A stretch of DNA of 64,000 nucleotides from a virus, in IMG/VR virus record IMGVR_UViG_3300037493_005286, positions 1-64,000 of that record; one strand, written 5' to 3'. Numbering within the stretch: position 1 is the stretch's first letter; each line of letters begins with the position of its first letter. The notes under the pieces are model-generated. The model worked only from the letters and a program-made list of their open reading frames with translations, ran no database searches and had not been told where the DNA came from. Both the position numbers and the translations under genes were made by a program. This document shows, one piece after another, positions 29,218 to 38,904 of this stretch.

Positions 29218-30253
29218 GCCAAAAATCGCTATTATTTCAGATTTACACCTTGGTGTTCATTCTAATGCATCTTTTTGGCATACTATTGCTTTAAAATGGG
29301 CGAAATGGCTGCGAGATGACCTTACTAGTAAGAATATTAAGGATATTGTATTTTGCGGCGACTGGCACCATAATAGAAGCGAGATATCTGTAGATACATT
29401 ACAAATATCAGCTGATATATTGGATATCTTTAAAGATTTTAATCTAATCGCCGTAACTGGTAACCATGATGTGTATTTCAAGCATAGAACCGATGTTAAT
29501 TCCCTATCTATCTTTAAGAATAGGAGTAATGTTACTATCTTAGATAAGATACACACGATAGAGCGGTTTGATCGTACTATATCCTTCTGTCCATGGTATA
29601 CGGACGTTGATAGTATACCAAAAAGTGATGTAATTTTTGGTCACTTTGAAATCGAGACGTTTAAAATGAATACCTTTAAGCTATGCGAAGAGGGTATTAA
29701 GGTAAAAGATCTACTATCCAAGAGTTCTTTAGTTATTTCAGGTCACTTTCATAATAGACATGAAAAAACATACGGAGCAGGTACTATTTTATATGTTGGT
29801 AACCCGTTTCAAATGGATTTTGGTGATTCTGGCAACACCAAAGGGTACCATATACTGGATTTAGATACTTTAGAGTATGATTTTTATGAGAATCCAATCT
29901 CTCCACTATATGAAAAAATTTCTCTAAGCGAATTAGTAGAAGAAGGTAAATTTACACCAAAGATTAAAAAACTATTTAGTAATAACATTGTTAAACTTAA
30001 GGTAGATAAGAATATCTCACAAGAAGAGATGGACGTATTGCTTTCTAAGCTAAAAAAGCTTAAACCTGAAACTATAACAGTAGACTACGACATTAATTTT
30101 AACCGGATTCACAATAAAACTGATATAAAGGAAGACTTATCAGGTATTGACATTAAGCAAGCAATTATTGAATTTATAAATCTACTTGATATTAAAAATA
30201 AGAAGGATATTATCGATTATACTATTGATCTATATACTAAGTGTACAGTATGA
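29198..30253 (+). CDS. gp47: gp47 Mre11-like nuclease (start revised)
   Basis: SDLHLG, GD, GNHD, GHFE, SGHFH, YVGNP. Confidence 0.92.
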   Translation: MTVTLNKPKIAIISDLHLGVHSNASFWHTIALKWAKWLRDDLTSKNIKDIVFCGDWHHNRSEISVDTLQISADILDIFKDFNLIAVTGNHDVYFKHRTDVNSLSIFKNRSNVTILDKIHTIERFDRTISFCPWYTDVDSIPKSDVIFGHFEIETFKMNTFKLCEEGIKVKDLLSKSSLVISGHFHNRHEKTYGAGTILYVGNPFQMDFGDSGNTKGYHILDLDTLEYDFYENPISPLYEKISLSELVEEGKFTPKIKKLFSNNIVKLKVDKNISQEEMDVLLSKLKKLKPETITVDYDINFNRIHNKTDIKEDLSGIDIKQAIIEFINLLDIKNKKDIIDYTIDLYTKCTV

Positions 30254-32058
30254 AACGTATTAATTTTAAAAAGGTAATTGTAAAAAACTTTCTTTCTGTA
30301 GGCGAAGAGCCTGTTCAGGTTGAATTTACAAACGGTCTACATGTTATTACTGGTAATAACAAGGATAAACCCGATAGACGCAATGCAATCGGTAAATCTA
30401 CTATAGCAGATTCTATTTATTTTGCTATTTTTGGTGAAACATTACGCGAAATTAAAAAAGATCTTATACCTAATAATATAACAGGTGGTAAAACACATGT
30501 AGAACTTGATTTCGATGTAGTTACACCCAACGGTACCAATACATATAGTATTGTACGTAATCTTTCACCTACAAAAGTACAGATTTACGAAAACGGCGTT
30601 GATAAAACACGTGATAGTACCAATAATACAACAAAATACATATGTGACGTACTAAGTGCATCGCCATCCATCTTTCAAAACTGTGTTATCATGACAGTTA
30701 ACAACGCTATTCCCTTTATGGCGAAATCTAAAATTGATAAACGTAAGTTTATTGAGGATATATTCGGATTAGAGGTGTTTAGCACCATGGTATCTCAAAT
30801 TCGATCAGAATATAATGATATTAAGCGTGATTTTGATAATCAGCAGACAAAGCTAACAGAGATTGAAAGATACTACAGTGGATATGTGGATCAAAAACAA
30901 AAAATACTAGATAGACGTGCAGAAAAAAGGCAATTATATGCTGAACGTAAAAAGAATAATACTATAGAGTGTGAACAGCTACTAATAGAGATTAATAATA
31001 TAGATGATGTTAGTATTGACGATATTAACGTTAAAATTACCGAATACGAAGCTGGATTAGAAAAATGCGATGGTATTATTAACGAAACTACTGCAGAAAT
31101 TGCAGTAGGTAAGCAAAAAATTAGCGATTATAAGGATTTGTACCTAAAAATAGGTACAAGTGAAGAGCAATGCCCGGTTTGCCTTCGAAGTATTGAAGAG
31201 CATGATATATCTTATATAAAACAAGAAAAAGATAAGATAAAACATGATATTGAGCAAGCAGCTGCCGATATTAAATTAAAAATAGCTCAAGTTGATAAAT
31301 TTGCTCAAAAACGCACTCTTATTAAGAAGAAGATTACCGAATTAAATCATGAAATTAAGCAATTAAGCTTAATGCAGTTAGATAAAGCTAATAAACATGA
31401 AAGAGTACGTCAATTAGTGCAGTGGCTTGAGGAATTAGAGGTGGATTTAAATGCTGAGGACAATTCCGAAACAGATATCGACGAAATTATTAAACAAACA
31501 TCAGATAGAATTGCTGAAATTACAACAGATACAGAAAAATACCGAGCTCAGTTAGCTAAACTTGATATTGTTAAGTATATTGCTAGTGAAGAAGGTGTTA
31601 AATCTTATATTGTCAATAAACTACTAGATCTACTTAATAGTCGACTACTACACTACCTTCAACGCCTAGATTCTAACTCTATTTGCATTTTTAATGAATA
31701 TTTTGAAGAGGAAATACTAAACGAAAAGAACAAGGTATGCTCTTACTTTAACTTTTCCGGAGCTGAGAGAAAGGCTATAGATTTAGCATGCCTATTTACG
31801 TTTTCCGACCTAAGACGGATGCAAGGTGGTGTGCAATATAATATTGCAATCTATGATGAGCTTTTCGATTCATCTTTTGATGAAAAAGGTATAGATCTAA
31901 TTACAACTATCCTTAAAGATAGAGTTGTAGAGTTAGAAGAATGTGCTATTGTAATATCACATCGAAAAGAATCTATTAAAGCCGTTACTGGCGACGTTAT
32001 TTTCCTAGAAAAGGAAAACGGCATAACAAGACGATTGGATTACACTGAAATGTGTTGA
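30250..32058 (+). CDS. gp46: gp46 Rad50-like ATPase
   Basis: KNFLSVG, NAIGKST, CPVC hook, FSGAE, YDELFDS, ISH. Confidence 0.93.
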   Translation: MKRINFKKVIVKNFLSVGEEPVQVEFTNGLHVITGNNKDKPDRRNAIGKSTIADSIYFAIFGETLREIKKDLIPNNITGGKTHVELDFDVVTPNGTNTYSIVRNLSPTKVQIYENGVDKTRDSTNNTTKYICDVLSASPSIFQNCVIMTVNNAIPFMAKSKIDKRKFIEDIFGLEVFSTMVSQIRSEYNDIKRDFDNQQTKLTEIERYYSGYVDQKQKILDRRAEKRQLYAERKKNNTIECEQLLIEINNIDDVSIDDINVKITEYEAGLEKCDGIINETTAEIAVGKQKISDYKDLYLKIGTSEEQCPVCLRSIEEHDISYIKQEKDKIKHDIEQAAADIKLKIAQVDKFAQKRTLIKKKITELNHEIKQLSLMQLDKANKHERVRQLVQWLEELEVDLNAEDNSETDIDEIIKQTSDRIAEITTDTEKYRAQLAKLDIVKYIASEEGVKSYIVNKLLDLLNSRLLHYLQRLDSNSICIFNEYFEEEILNEKNKVCSYFNFSGAERKAIDLACLFTFSDLRRMQGGVQYNIAIYDELFDSSFDEKGIDLITTILKDRVVELEECAIVISHRKESIKAVTGDVIFLEKENGITRRLDYTEMC

Positions 32059-32092
32059 TTTATTCTATATTGTGTATTAAATTGTTGTAGAG

Positions 32093-33307
32093 ATGTATAA
32101 TCCGAGCCCCTTCCCACAGCCAATTGTATCGCCTTTTCCTCAGATGATGAGGGAGCCTGCACCTCAAGTTACACCTCCCTCGCAACCTGCGGAATTAGGT
32201 CTACCTAGATATATTAACTACCTAGCTGACTATAGCGGCTGTGGTCATTGGCGTATATTATGGCCGGAACAAATAATTAACGCTACGGGTGTTGGCTGCT
32301 CAAGCTCTTTAACAGCTATGGTATTTGATCCTAGATGGTATCAGGGTGTTAAATCTATTAAACTTCAAAGACAAGCAAGTTCACAGCAAAAACAATTCGT
32401 TCAATTCTTAAAAGAAATACAACCTCAAATTGGCTTTAAGTTAATCTATGAAGTTGACGATGTTGTCTTTAGAGAAGATATTCCCGACTATAATAAGTTT
32501 AAGTTTGCGTTTGATAACGATGAAATTAGACAAAACTGTATCGATATTATTAATATGTGTGATGAAGTTACAGTAACATGTGACTTTATGCGCAAGTTAT
32601 ATCAAGAACGTACAGGTAAAAAGGAGATTACCGTTATACCTAACTTTGTACCGCATACCTGGCTAGGCTACCTATACGATAAAAAGCGCGTTTATGAATC
32701 TTACGAGAAAAATAAGAAACGCCCTCGTATTTTATATACCGGATCCGGAGCTCATTACGATGTTGATAATAAAGTAGGAGGCAAGGATGATTTCGAGCAA
32801 ATTGTTCAGTTTGTTGTAGAAACAAGAAACAAGTATCAATGGATCTTTGTTGGTTCCTTCCCACCTCCGTTACTCCCTTATATTCAAAGTAAAGAAATTG
32901 AGTTTCATCAATGGCAGTCACTAGTAGACTATCCACGTTTGTTAGCTGCGTTAGATGCCCAGTTAATGGTTGCACCACTTCAAGTCAATAATTTTAACAA
33001 TGCAAAATCTGATATTAAATTTATCGAAGCAGCTATCCTCGGTATACCATGCTTGTGTCAAAATATGGAAACATACGCTGTGGCTCCAGCTGCACTTAAG
33101 TTTGATAATGTAGAAGAATTCGGTCAAAAAATCGAAAATATTCTAAGTTATAAAAACAGACAAGCCTACTTTAAAAATGTTGACGTCTTACATGAAATAG
33201 GCGCTGCAAGAACTCTGGAAATTCCAGAAAATATTGGCTGTCACATTGAGGCTCTCAACACTCCATATGGCTCACCTGAGAGAAAATATCTTAAGAAGTG
33301 GAATTAA
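32093..33307 (+). CDS. GT-B fold glycosyltransferase with Pro-rich N-terminus
   Basis: DYSGCGHWRI.WP, YEVDDVVF, VIPNF, APLQVNNFNNAKSDIKFIEA..LGIP. Confidence 0.8.
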   Translation: MYNPSPFPQPIVSPFPQMMREPAPQVTPPSQPAELGLPRYINYLADYSGCGHWRILWPEQIINATGVGCSSSLTAMVFDPRWYQGVKSIKLQRQASSQQKQFVQFLKEIQPQIGFKLIYEVDDVVFREDIPDYNKFKFAFDNDEIRQNCIDIINMCDEVTVTCDFMRKLYQERTGKKEITVIPNFVPHTWLGYLYDKKRVYESYEKNKKRPRILYTGSGAHYDVDNKVGGKDDFEQIVQFVVETRNKYQWIFVGSFPPPLLPYIQSKEIEFHQWQSLVDYPRLLAALDAQLMVAPLQVNNFNNAKSDIKFIEAAILGIPCLCQNMETYAVAPAALKFDNVEEFGQKIENILSYKNRQAYFKNVDVLHEIGAARTLEIPENIGCHIEALNTPYGSPERKYLKKWN

Positions 33308-33309
33308 GG

Positions 33310-33349
33310 TTGAAATCTCATCTATACCCACTATACTAGGGTATAGATG
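33310..33349 (+). promoter_or_regulatory. gp43 promoter within a start-codon-sequestering hairpin
   Basis: TTGAAA-N16-TATACT; 11-bp stem CATCTATACCC/GGGTATAGATG. Confidence 0.6.
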
Positions 33350-35914
33350 TATAGAAACGCAGTTTATAACGGCCGAGATCAGTCAATAAATCTTTTTACC
33401 TGGGATACAGAGGGTAAACGAATAATGAATAGTGTTTCGTTTAACCCTTACCTATATGTAGAGGATGCTAGAGGTGATAAAACTACTCTATACGGTACAA
33501 AGGCTAAAAAACGTATTTTTAGTACATCCTACGAACGTAATAAGTTTGTAAGGGAGTCAGGTGTCAAGAGAATATACGAAAATATTCCCGCTTCGCAGCA
33601 ATATTTACTTGATACATTTTGGACCGAAAACGAAAAGCCAGAATTTACCCAGCAACCGCTTAAAGTAACATTTATAGACATCGAAACATATAGCCCGGAT
33701 ACATTTCCGGATATCGATAATCCAACACATACAGTAAATGTTATAACCTGTTATGATAGCTTTAGTAAAAAGTTTCATACATTTGGATTAAAGCCGTATA
33801 CCGGATCAAATACCGATATAGCCTATCATTATTGTAAAAATGAACAAGAACTATTTATAAAGTTTTTAGATTATATTGCAGATGATTATCCTGATGTTCT
33901 AAGTGGTTGGAACTCTGAGTTTTTCGATATACCGTATATTATTGCGCGTTGTGAACGCATTCTAGGATCAGAATACGTAGCTAAACTCTCACCTCTTAAA
34001 AACGTACATTTTAGAGTTGTTAAAGGTAAGTTTGGAAGAGATCAAAAAAGATATTATATAGATGGTATGTCTAGTATCGACTATCTAGATATCTATAGAC
34101 GATTTTGTCTCAAGCTAAGAGAGTCCTATAAGCTAGATGCTATTGCTGAAGTGGAGCTAGGTCAACGAAAGATAGATTACGGTGATATGAATCTAGTAAC
34201 GTTAGCTGATACAGATTGGAACCTATTTGTAGACTATAACATTCAAGACGTTAACCTACTTGTTATGATGGAAGAGAAATTACAATATATATCTCTTCTT
34301 CGTATGTTATCTTATGTAGGTCTTACAACGCTTGAGGGTGCAATGGGCACTATTTCAGTTATTAACGGTGCACTAGTTAATAGAGCTAGAAAGCGAGGTG
34401 AACTTATGTCGACGTTTGTACGGCCAGAAGCAGCAGGTAAGAATCCAGGTGCCTATGTATCCGAACCTAAAGGAGGGTTTCAAACTAACATTGTTTCTTT
34501 TGACGCTAATTCCCTATACCCTAACGTTATGATTGCCTTAAACCTATCACCGGAAACAAAGATAGGTCGAATTGAGAAAGTTAGTGATGATAAAATTAAC
34601 ATCTACCATGTTTCAGGTAAATTATTCGAACTTACTCCAGCTAAGTTTGCTGCGTACATAAAAGCAGAACAATGCTCAGTTACTAAGGCGGGATTTTTAT
34701 TCTCTCAAAAGAAGCAAGGCATTATACCAGAATTCCTAGACTATTATTACAATGAACGTGTATTAGTTAGAAAAGAACTACACGCTGCTAAGTTGAGATT
34801 ATCAAAACTTAATAAATCAGATGAAAAATATAGAAATCTGCAGTTTGAAGTTGAAAGACTTAATACTAAGCAAATGGTTATTAAGATTTTGGTTAACTCG
34901 TGTTATGGTTATATGGGTAACAAGCAAGCTCCAATTGGAGATGATGATATTGCGTCATCTGTTACTCTAACTGGTCAAGCCGTTATTAAACAGGCAGGTA
35001 AATTACTACAGGAATATCTCACTACAAATTTTAACGTTGTAGATAAGCATATTTTGGATAATAGCTGGGTATACTCAGATACAGATAGTTGTTACTTTTC
35101 ATTAGCGTGTATTGAAGATAGAGTTCCAATTAAAAAAGACGGTGAGGTTAACCCTGACTTTTATTCTGAGGTTGAAAAAATTGAATCTCATCTTAATACA
35201 GAAATTACATCTTGGGCTATTAAGGCTTTAAGAACTCAGGATAGTCGATTTGTATTTAAACGGGAATGTATTGCAGATGTTGGAGTATTTCTACAAAAAA
35301 AGCGATATGTAATGCATATCCTAGATGACGAAGGTATTAAAGTCGATAAATTTAAATATACAGGCGTGGAAGTAGTTAGAACTACAATGCCTAATGCTAT
35401 TAAGCCGTACGCGAAGAAGATAATTGAGACAATGCTTATACACAAGTCGTTAAGTAAGACTAATGATATATTAAGCGAAACATACGACACTTTTAAGACA
35501 TTACTACCAGAAGATATTGCGTTTGTGATGGGTGTTAAGGGCTATGATAAGTATGCTCCTAAATGCAGAGATTTAAATATCGTTAAAGGTATGCCTATTC
35601 ACGTTAAAGCTGCATACTTACATAACTACATTAACAGAAAGCTTGAAATAGAAAATAAATACGAAGACATTACATCAGGAGATAAGACACGTTATCTTTA
35701 TGTACAAACACCAAACAAATACGGTATTGAAGTTATAGGATTTAAGAATAACTTTCCTGATGAGTATAGAGATATATTTAAAGTAGATTATGAGTTAATG
35801 TTTGAAAAGATTCTGTTTAATTCTATAGAACGCTTCTATCAAGGAGTTAATTGGCAGATTAGAAAGCCTTCAGAAAATGTAACGTGTGAGCTTTTTGATT
35901 TATTTGCACTTTAA
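33347..35914 (+). CDS. gp43: Family B DNA polymerase gp43
   Basis: DIET, GWNSEFFD, YNIQD, SFDANSLYP, KILVNSCYG, YSDTDS, KKRY; C-terminal LFDLF clamp-binding-like motif. Confidence 0.96.
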   Translation: MYRNAVYNGRDQSINLFTWDTEGKRIMNSVSFNPYLYVEDARGDKTTLYGTKAKKRIFSTSYERNKFVRESGVKRIYENIPASQQYLLDTFWTENEKPEFTQQPLKVTFIDIETYSPDTFPDIDNPTHTVNVITCYDSFSKKFHTFGLKPYTGSNTDIAYHYCKNEQELFIKFLDYIADDYPDVLSGWNSEFFDIPYIIARCERILGSEYVAKLSPLKNVHFRVVKGKFGRDQKRYYIDGMSSIDYLDIYRRFCLKLRESYKLDAIAEVELGQRKIDYGDMNLVTLADTDWNLFVDYNIQDVNLLVMMEEKLQYISLLRMLSYVGLTTLEGAMGTISVINGALVNRARKRGELMSTFVRPEAAGKNPGAYVSEPKGGFQTNIVSFDANSLYPNVMIALNLSPETKIGRIEKVSDDKINIYHVSGKLFELTPAKFAAYIKAEQCSVTKAGFLFSQKKQGIIPEFLDYYYNERVLVRKELHAAKLRLSKLNKSDEKYRNLQFEVERLNTKQMVIKILVNSCYGYMGNKQAPIGDDDIASSVTLTGQAVIKQAGKLLQEYLTTNFNVVDKHILDNSWVYSDTDSCYFSLACIEDRVPIKKDGEVNPDFYSEVEKIESHLNTEITSWAIKALRTQDSRFVFKRECIADVGVFLQKKRYVMHILDDEGIKVDKFKYTGVEVVRTTMPNAIKPYAKKIIETMLIHKSLSKTNDILSETYDTFKTLLPEDIAFVMGVKGYDKYAPKCRDLNIVKGMPIHVKAAYLHNYINRKLEIENKYEDITSGDKTRYLYVQTPNKYGIEVIGFKNNFPDEYRDIFKVDYELMFEKILFNSIERFYQGVNWQIRKPSENVTCELFDLFAL

Positions 35915-35953
35915 TTATTGATTTTAATTTTTAATATATTAATATACATATAT

Positions 35954-36292
35954 ATGATTACATTCGTAGATCAAATCGGCAGAACAGTTATCGGTGAACA
36001 AGTTTCAGAAACAGAAACCACCCTCGTTGTTAAAAACCCTGTTATTATTCACGTTCAACCTAACCCACAAAACGGTCAACTACAAGTACAGTCCTTTCCA
36101 TACCTGTTTGTAGAGTTTATCGACCCAGCACATCGCGATACCAACAATTGGACCTTCTATAAGAGCAATATTGTCATGTCAGATGTTGTATTGGAAGAGC
36201 GTATTAAGCAGCAATACCACGGTATTAATACCGTACAGCCTTCAACTCCTACAGGAGATGCAGAAGTAATTCGTCTCTTTGATGAGGATTGA
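35954..36292 (+). CDS. Hypothetical Sm-like protein (start revised)
   Basis: IGRTVIGE...LVVKNP; lies between gp43 and uvsX; promoter TTGATT-N16-TAATAT upstream. Confidence 0.6.
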   Translation: MITFVDQIGRTVIGEQVSETETTLVVKNPVIIHVQPNPQNGQLQVQSFPYLFVEFIDPAHRDTNNWTFYKSNIVMSDVVLEERIKQQYHGINTVQPSTPTGDAEVIRLFDED

Positions 36293-36309
36293 TTAAATAA
36301 ATTCAGCAA

Positions 36310-36355
36310 ACCCTCGGCGCCTCTGATGCAAGCGTAATTCCGAGGGTATTTTTTT
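36310..36355 (+). terminator. Intrinsic terminator with an unusually large loop
   Basis: ACCCTCGG/CCGAGGGT stem, 22-nt loop, then ATTTTTTT. Confidence 0.65.
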
Positions 36356-36392
36356 GTCTTGATTTTTAGAGCTAAGTATCCATAATATCTAT

Positions 36393-37490
36393 ATGGATAA
36401 AGATGTTAAAAGTGCACTAGACAGTATTGATGAAGTAAATCCTTTCGCGACCTATCTTTCAGATAGTACCTTAAGCAGAGTAGATAGCTGGATTGATACC
36501 GGCAGCTACGTTCTAAATGCAATTATTTCAGGATCCGTTTTTGGTGGTATACCAAAAGGTAGAGTAGTCATGCTAGCAGGCGAATCAATGACAGGTAAGT
36601 CGTTGTTCGTTCAAAAAATTCTCGCTAATGCTCAAAAAGAAGGACTTATTCCTGTTATTTTTGATACAGAAAACGCTATTGATGCAGAAGGAGCTACTCG
36701 CATTGGTTTAGATGTATCTAAGGTCAAATACGTACCATGTGTTAGCATCGAACAGACACGTAATGCTCTTTATAAGTTTTTAACAGCCGTGCAAGAGAAG
36801 AAGTTGCAAGGTAAGTTTATCGTAGCCATTGATTCCCTTGGTAATCTTCAATCTGAGCTCGAACATTCACGTATGGGTAAAGAGAGTACAAGTTCTGATA
36901 TGGGATCTAAGGCTCGTGCAATGAAAACACTATTACAAACGTGTACTAACCTAGGATCGATAACACAAACAACAATTTTACTTACTAACCACGTTTACGA
37001 TGACCCAACAGCAATGTTTCCATCAATTGAAAAAAATATGCCCGGTGGTAAAGCGTGCGTCTATCTTCCATCGGTCACAGTACAATTAGCTCGTAAACCT
37101 GTTAAGGATGATGGTGGTAAGACTACTGATGCATCTCTTGCAGTTGGTCAGAAAAACTATTCTGGTATTATTATTAGAGCTCTAACACGTAAAAATCGCT
37201 TTATTAAGCAGTATCTTGAAGGTGAAATGTTCTTATCATTCTCAACAGGCTTAGATCGATACTACGGATTACTTGATCTTGCAGTGGGTCACGGTATTGT
37301 TGTTCAAGGCGGAGCTACTTATACACTTGAAGATGGAACTAAGCTAGGATATTATCGTAATTTTAGAAAAGACATTAATTTATGGGAAAAGACTATTATA
37401 CCTCTCTTAGAAGTAAAAATTAAGAAAAACTGGTCTTACTCTAATGACGAAGTAACAGTACCTGATGAAGTATTAGAGGATATTAATTAA
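36393..37490 (+). CDS. uvsX: UvsX RecA-like recombinase
   Basis: IDTGSYVLNAIISGS, AGESMTGKS, FDTENA, IDSLGNL, NHVY. Confidence 0.93.
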   Translation: MDKDVKSALDSIDEVNPFATYLSDSTLSRVDSWIDTGSYVLNAIISGSVFGGIPKGRVVMLAGESMTGKSLFVQKILANAQKEGLIPVIFDTENAIDAEGATRIGLDVSKVKYVPCVSIEQTRNALYKFLTAVQEKKLQGKFIVAIDSLGNLQSELEHSRMGKESTSSDMGSKARAMKTLLQTCTNLGSITQTTILLTNHVYDDPTAMFPSIEKNMPGGKACVYLPSVTVQLARKPVKDDGGKTTDASLAVGQKNYSGIIIRALTRKNRFIKQYLEGEMFLSFSTGLDRYYGLLDLAVGHGIVVQGGATYTLEDGTKLGYYRNFRKDINLWEKTIIPLLEVKIKKNWSYSNDEVTVPDEVLEDIN

Positions 37491-38099
37491 TTTCTTTATA
37501 TCTCTAAACTTAACAGTGTTATAAGTTAAAAGAGCACGATCTCTAAAGATATCATAGGTAATGTTCATCATATCTATGATATCTTTTAATTTATAATTAG
37601 ATAATACATATTGCTCAAACACTATTTGATCAAACACTGCTTTTCGTTTACCAGCAGATATTTTAGCGCACCAATCTGCTGTTCGCTCAATCATTTTAAA
37701 TTTAATACTATTTTTTTCTCTACGCTCCGGAGTCCAACTAGCTTTCATATTAATAATAGATTGCTCAGATAACTTCCAGGTTTTACCTTTTTGCGATGGT
37801 GGTTGTACTCCTCCATCATTAATATTAAACAAAATACCCCCATCCATTTTTTTACCATACTGCTCAATAAGTAATTTTTCCTGTTCAAAAGCTTCAGCTT
37901 CAAGCAAATTATCATCCATAATAATAACAAAATCTTTACTTTTATAACCTTTATCACGTATTGTATTGATTTTTATAGTTAGCCATTTATTATGGTTATG
38001 ACCGGTAAATGACCAGGCTCTAGAAGCTGTACCTTTACCGATATAAAACGGTTTACGAGTTTCAGGATCAATATACATATAAACATAATACTTATTCAT
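37473..38099 (-). mobile_element. Free-standing GIY-YIG homing endonuclease (NUMOD3-like tail)
   Basis: YYVYMYIDP..KPFYIGKGT..RA, E..LI..YG, LFNINDGG, KISAGKR; antisense insertion with its own TATAAATA. Confidence 0.8.
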
Positions 38100-38104
38100 A
38101 CTAG

Positions 38105-38148
38105 TATTTATAGTAACCGACTTTATTATTTATAATAACCAACTTTAT
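38105..38148 (-). repeat. 22-bp tandem duplication, each copy carrying TATAAATA on the minus strand
   Basis: TATTTATAGTAACCGACTTTAT / TATTTATAATAACCAACTTTAT (2 mismatches). Confidence 0.75.
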
Positions 38149-38154
38149 AAGATC

Positions 38155-38904
38155 ATGAGGAAACAAAAATTAGTTTTAGCGTTTAGTGGTGGTGCGGATA
38201 GCACATTACTATTATACATGGCAGCTCAACAAGGATATGAAGAGATTCATACTGTGTCTTTTGACTATGGCCAGAGACATCATAGAGAACTAAAGTGTGT
38301 TAATAAGCAGCTGCTAAACATTAATAAAAAATATCCTGATATAACAGTAACTAATAAAGTATTAGATGTAAGATATCTCAAAGATATATCACCTACCTCT
38401 TCTCTCACGAACGACGATATTGATAATCCGGATATTAGTAAAATTGCTGGTGACGCTCAACCTGTATCGTACGTACCGTTTCGAAACCAAATGTTTATTA
38501 CAATTTGCTGTGCATACGCTGAGAGTTTAAAAGCTGATACAGTATGGTATGGTGCAGCTCAAGTAGATTCATTAGCCGGTTACTGGGATGGGAGCTATGA
38601 GTTTGTTGATAGTGTTAACAGCTTAGTATCACTTAACAGACAACATAGGATTACCGTAGGAGCTCCATTGCTCTCCATGTCAAAGGCTGATATTGTAAGA
38701 CAGGGTGTAGAATTAGGCGTAAACTTCGGAGATACATGGACATGTTATTCTAACCGCGAAGATGGACTAGCTGATGCAACTACACCTTCAAGTAGTTTGA
38801 GGTTGCAAGGGTTTATTGATGCTGGATACAAAGATCCCATCAAGTACCTTCAACAGGAAAAACTTGATGGGATTTATGAAGTTAAAAATTGTAAAGAATT
38901 ATAA
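38155..38904 (+). CDS. queC: 7-cyano-7-deazaguanine synthase QueC-like (atypical)
   Basis: FSGGADS, FDYGQRH, SSLT, YVPFRN, PLLSMSKADIV..G, TWTCY. Confidence 0.9.
   Translation: MRKQKLVLAFSGGADSTLLLYMAAQQGYEEIHTVSFDYGQRHHRELKCVNKQLLNINKKYPDITVTNKVLDVRYLKDISPTSSLTNDDIDNPDISKIAGDAQPVSYVPFRNQMFITICCAYAESLKADTVWYGAAQVDSLAGYWDGSYEFVDSVNSLVSLNRQHRITVGAPLLSMSKADIVRQGVELGVNFGDTWTCYSNREDGLADATTPSSSLRLQGFIDAGYKDPIKYLQQEKLDGIYEVKNCKEL

Noticed and set aside
36318-36339. Hammerhead ribozyme (CTGATG) or preQ1 riboswitch
   Set aside because: The sequence is CTGATGC rather than CUGAnGA, there is no GAAA core, and no preQ1 consensus is recognisable.
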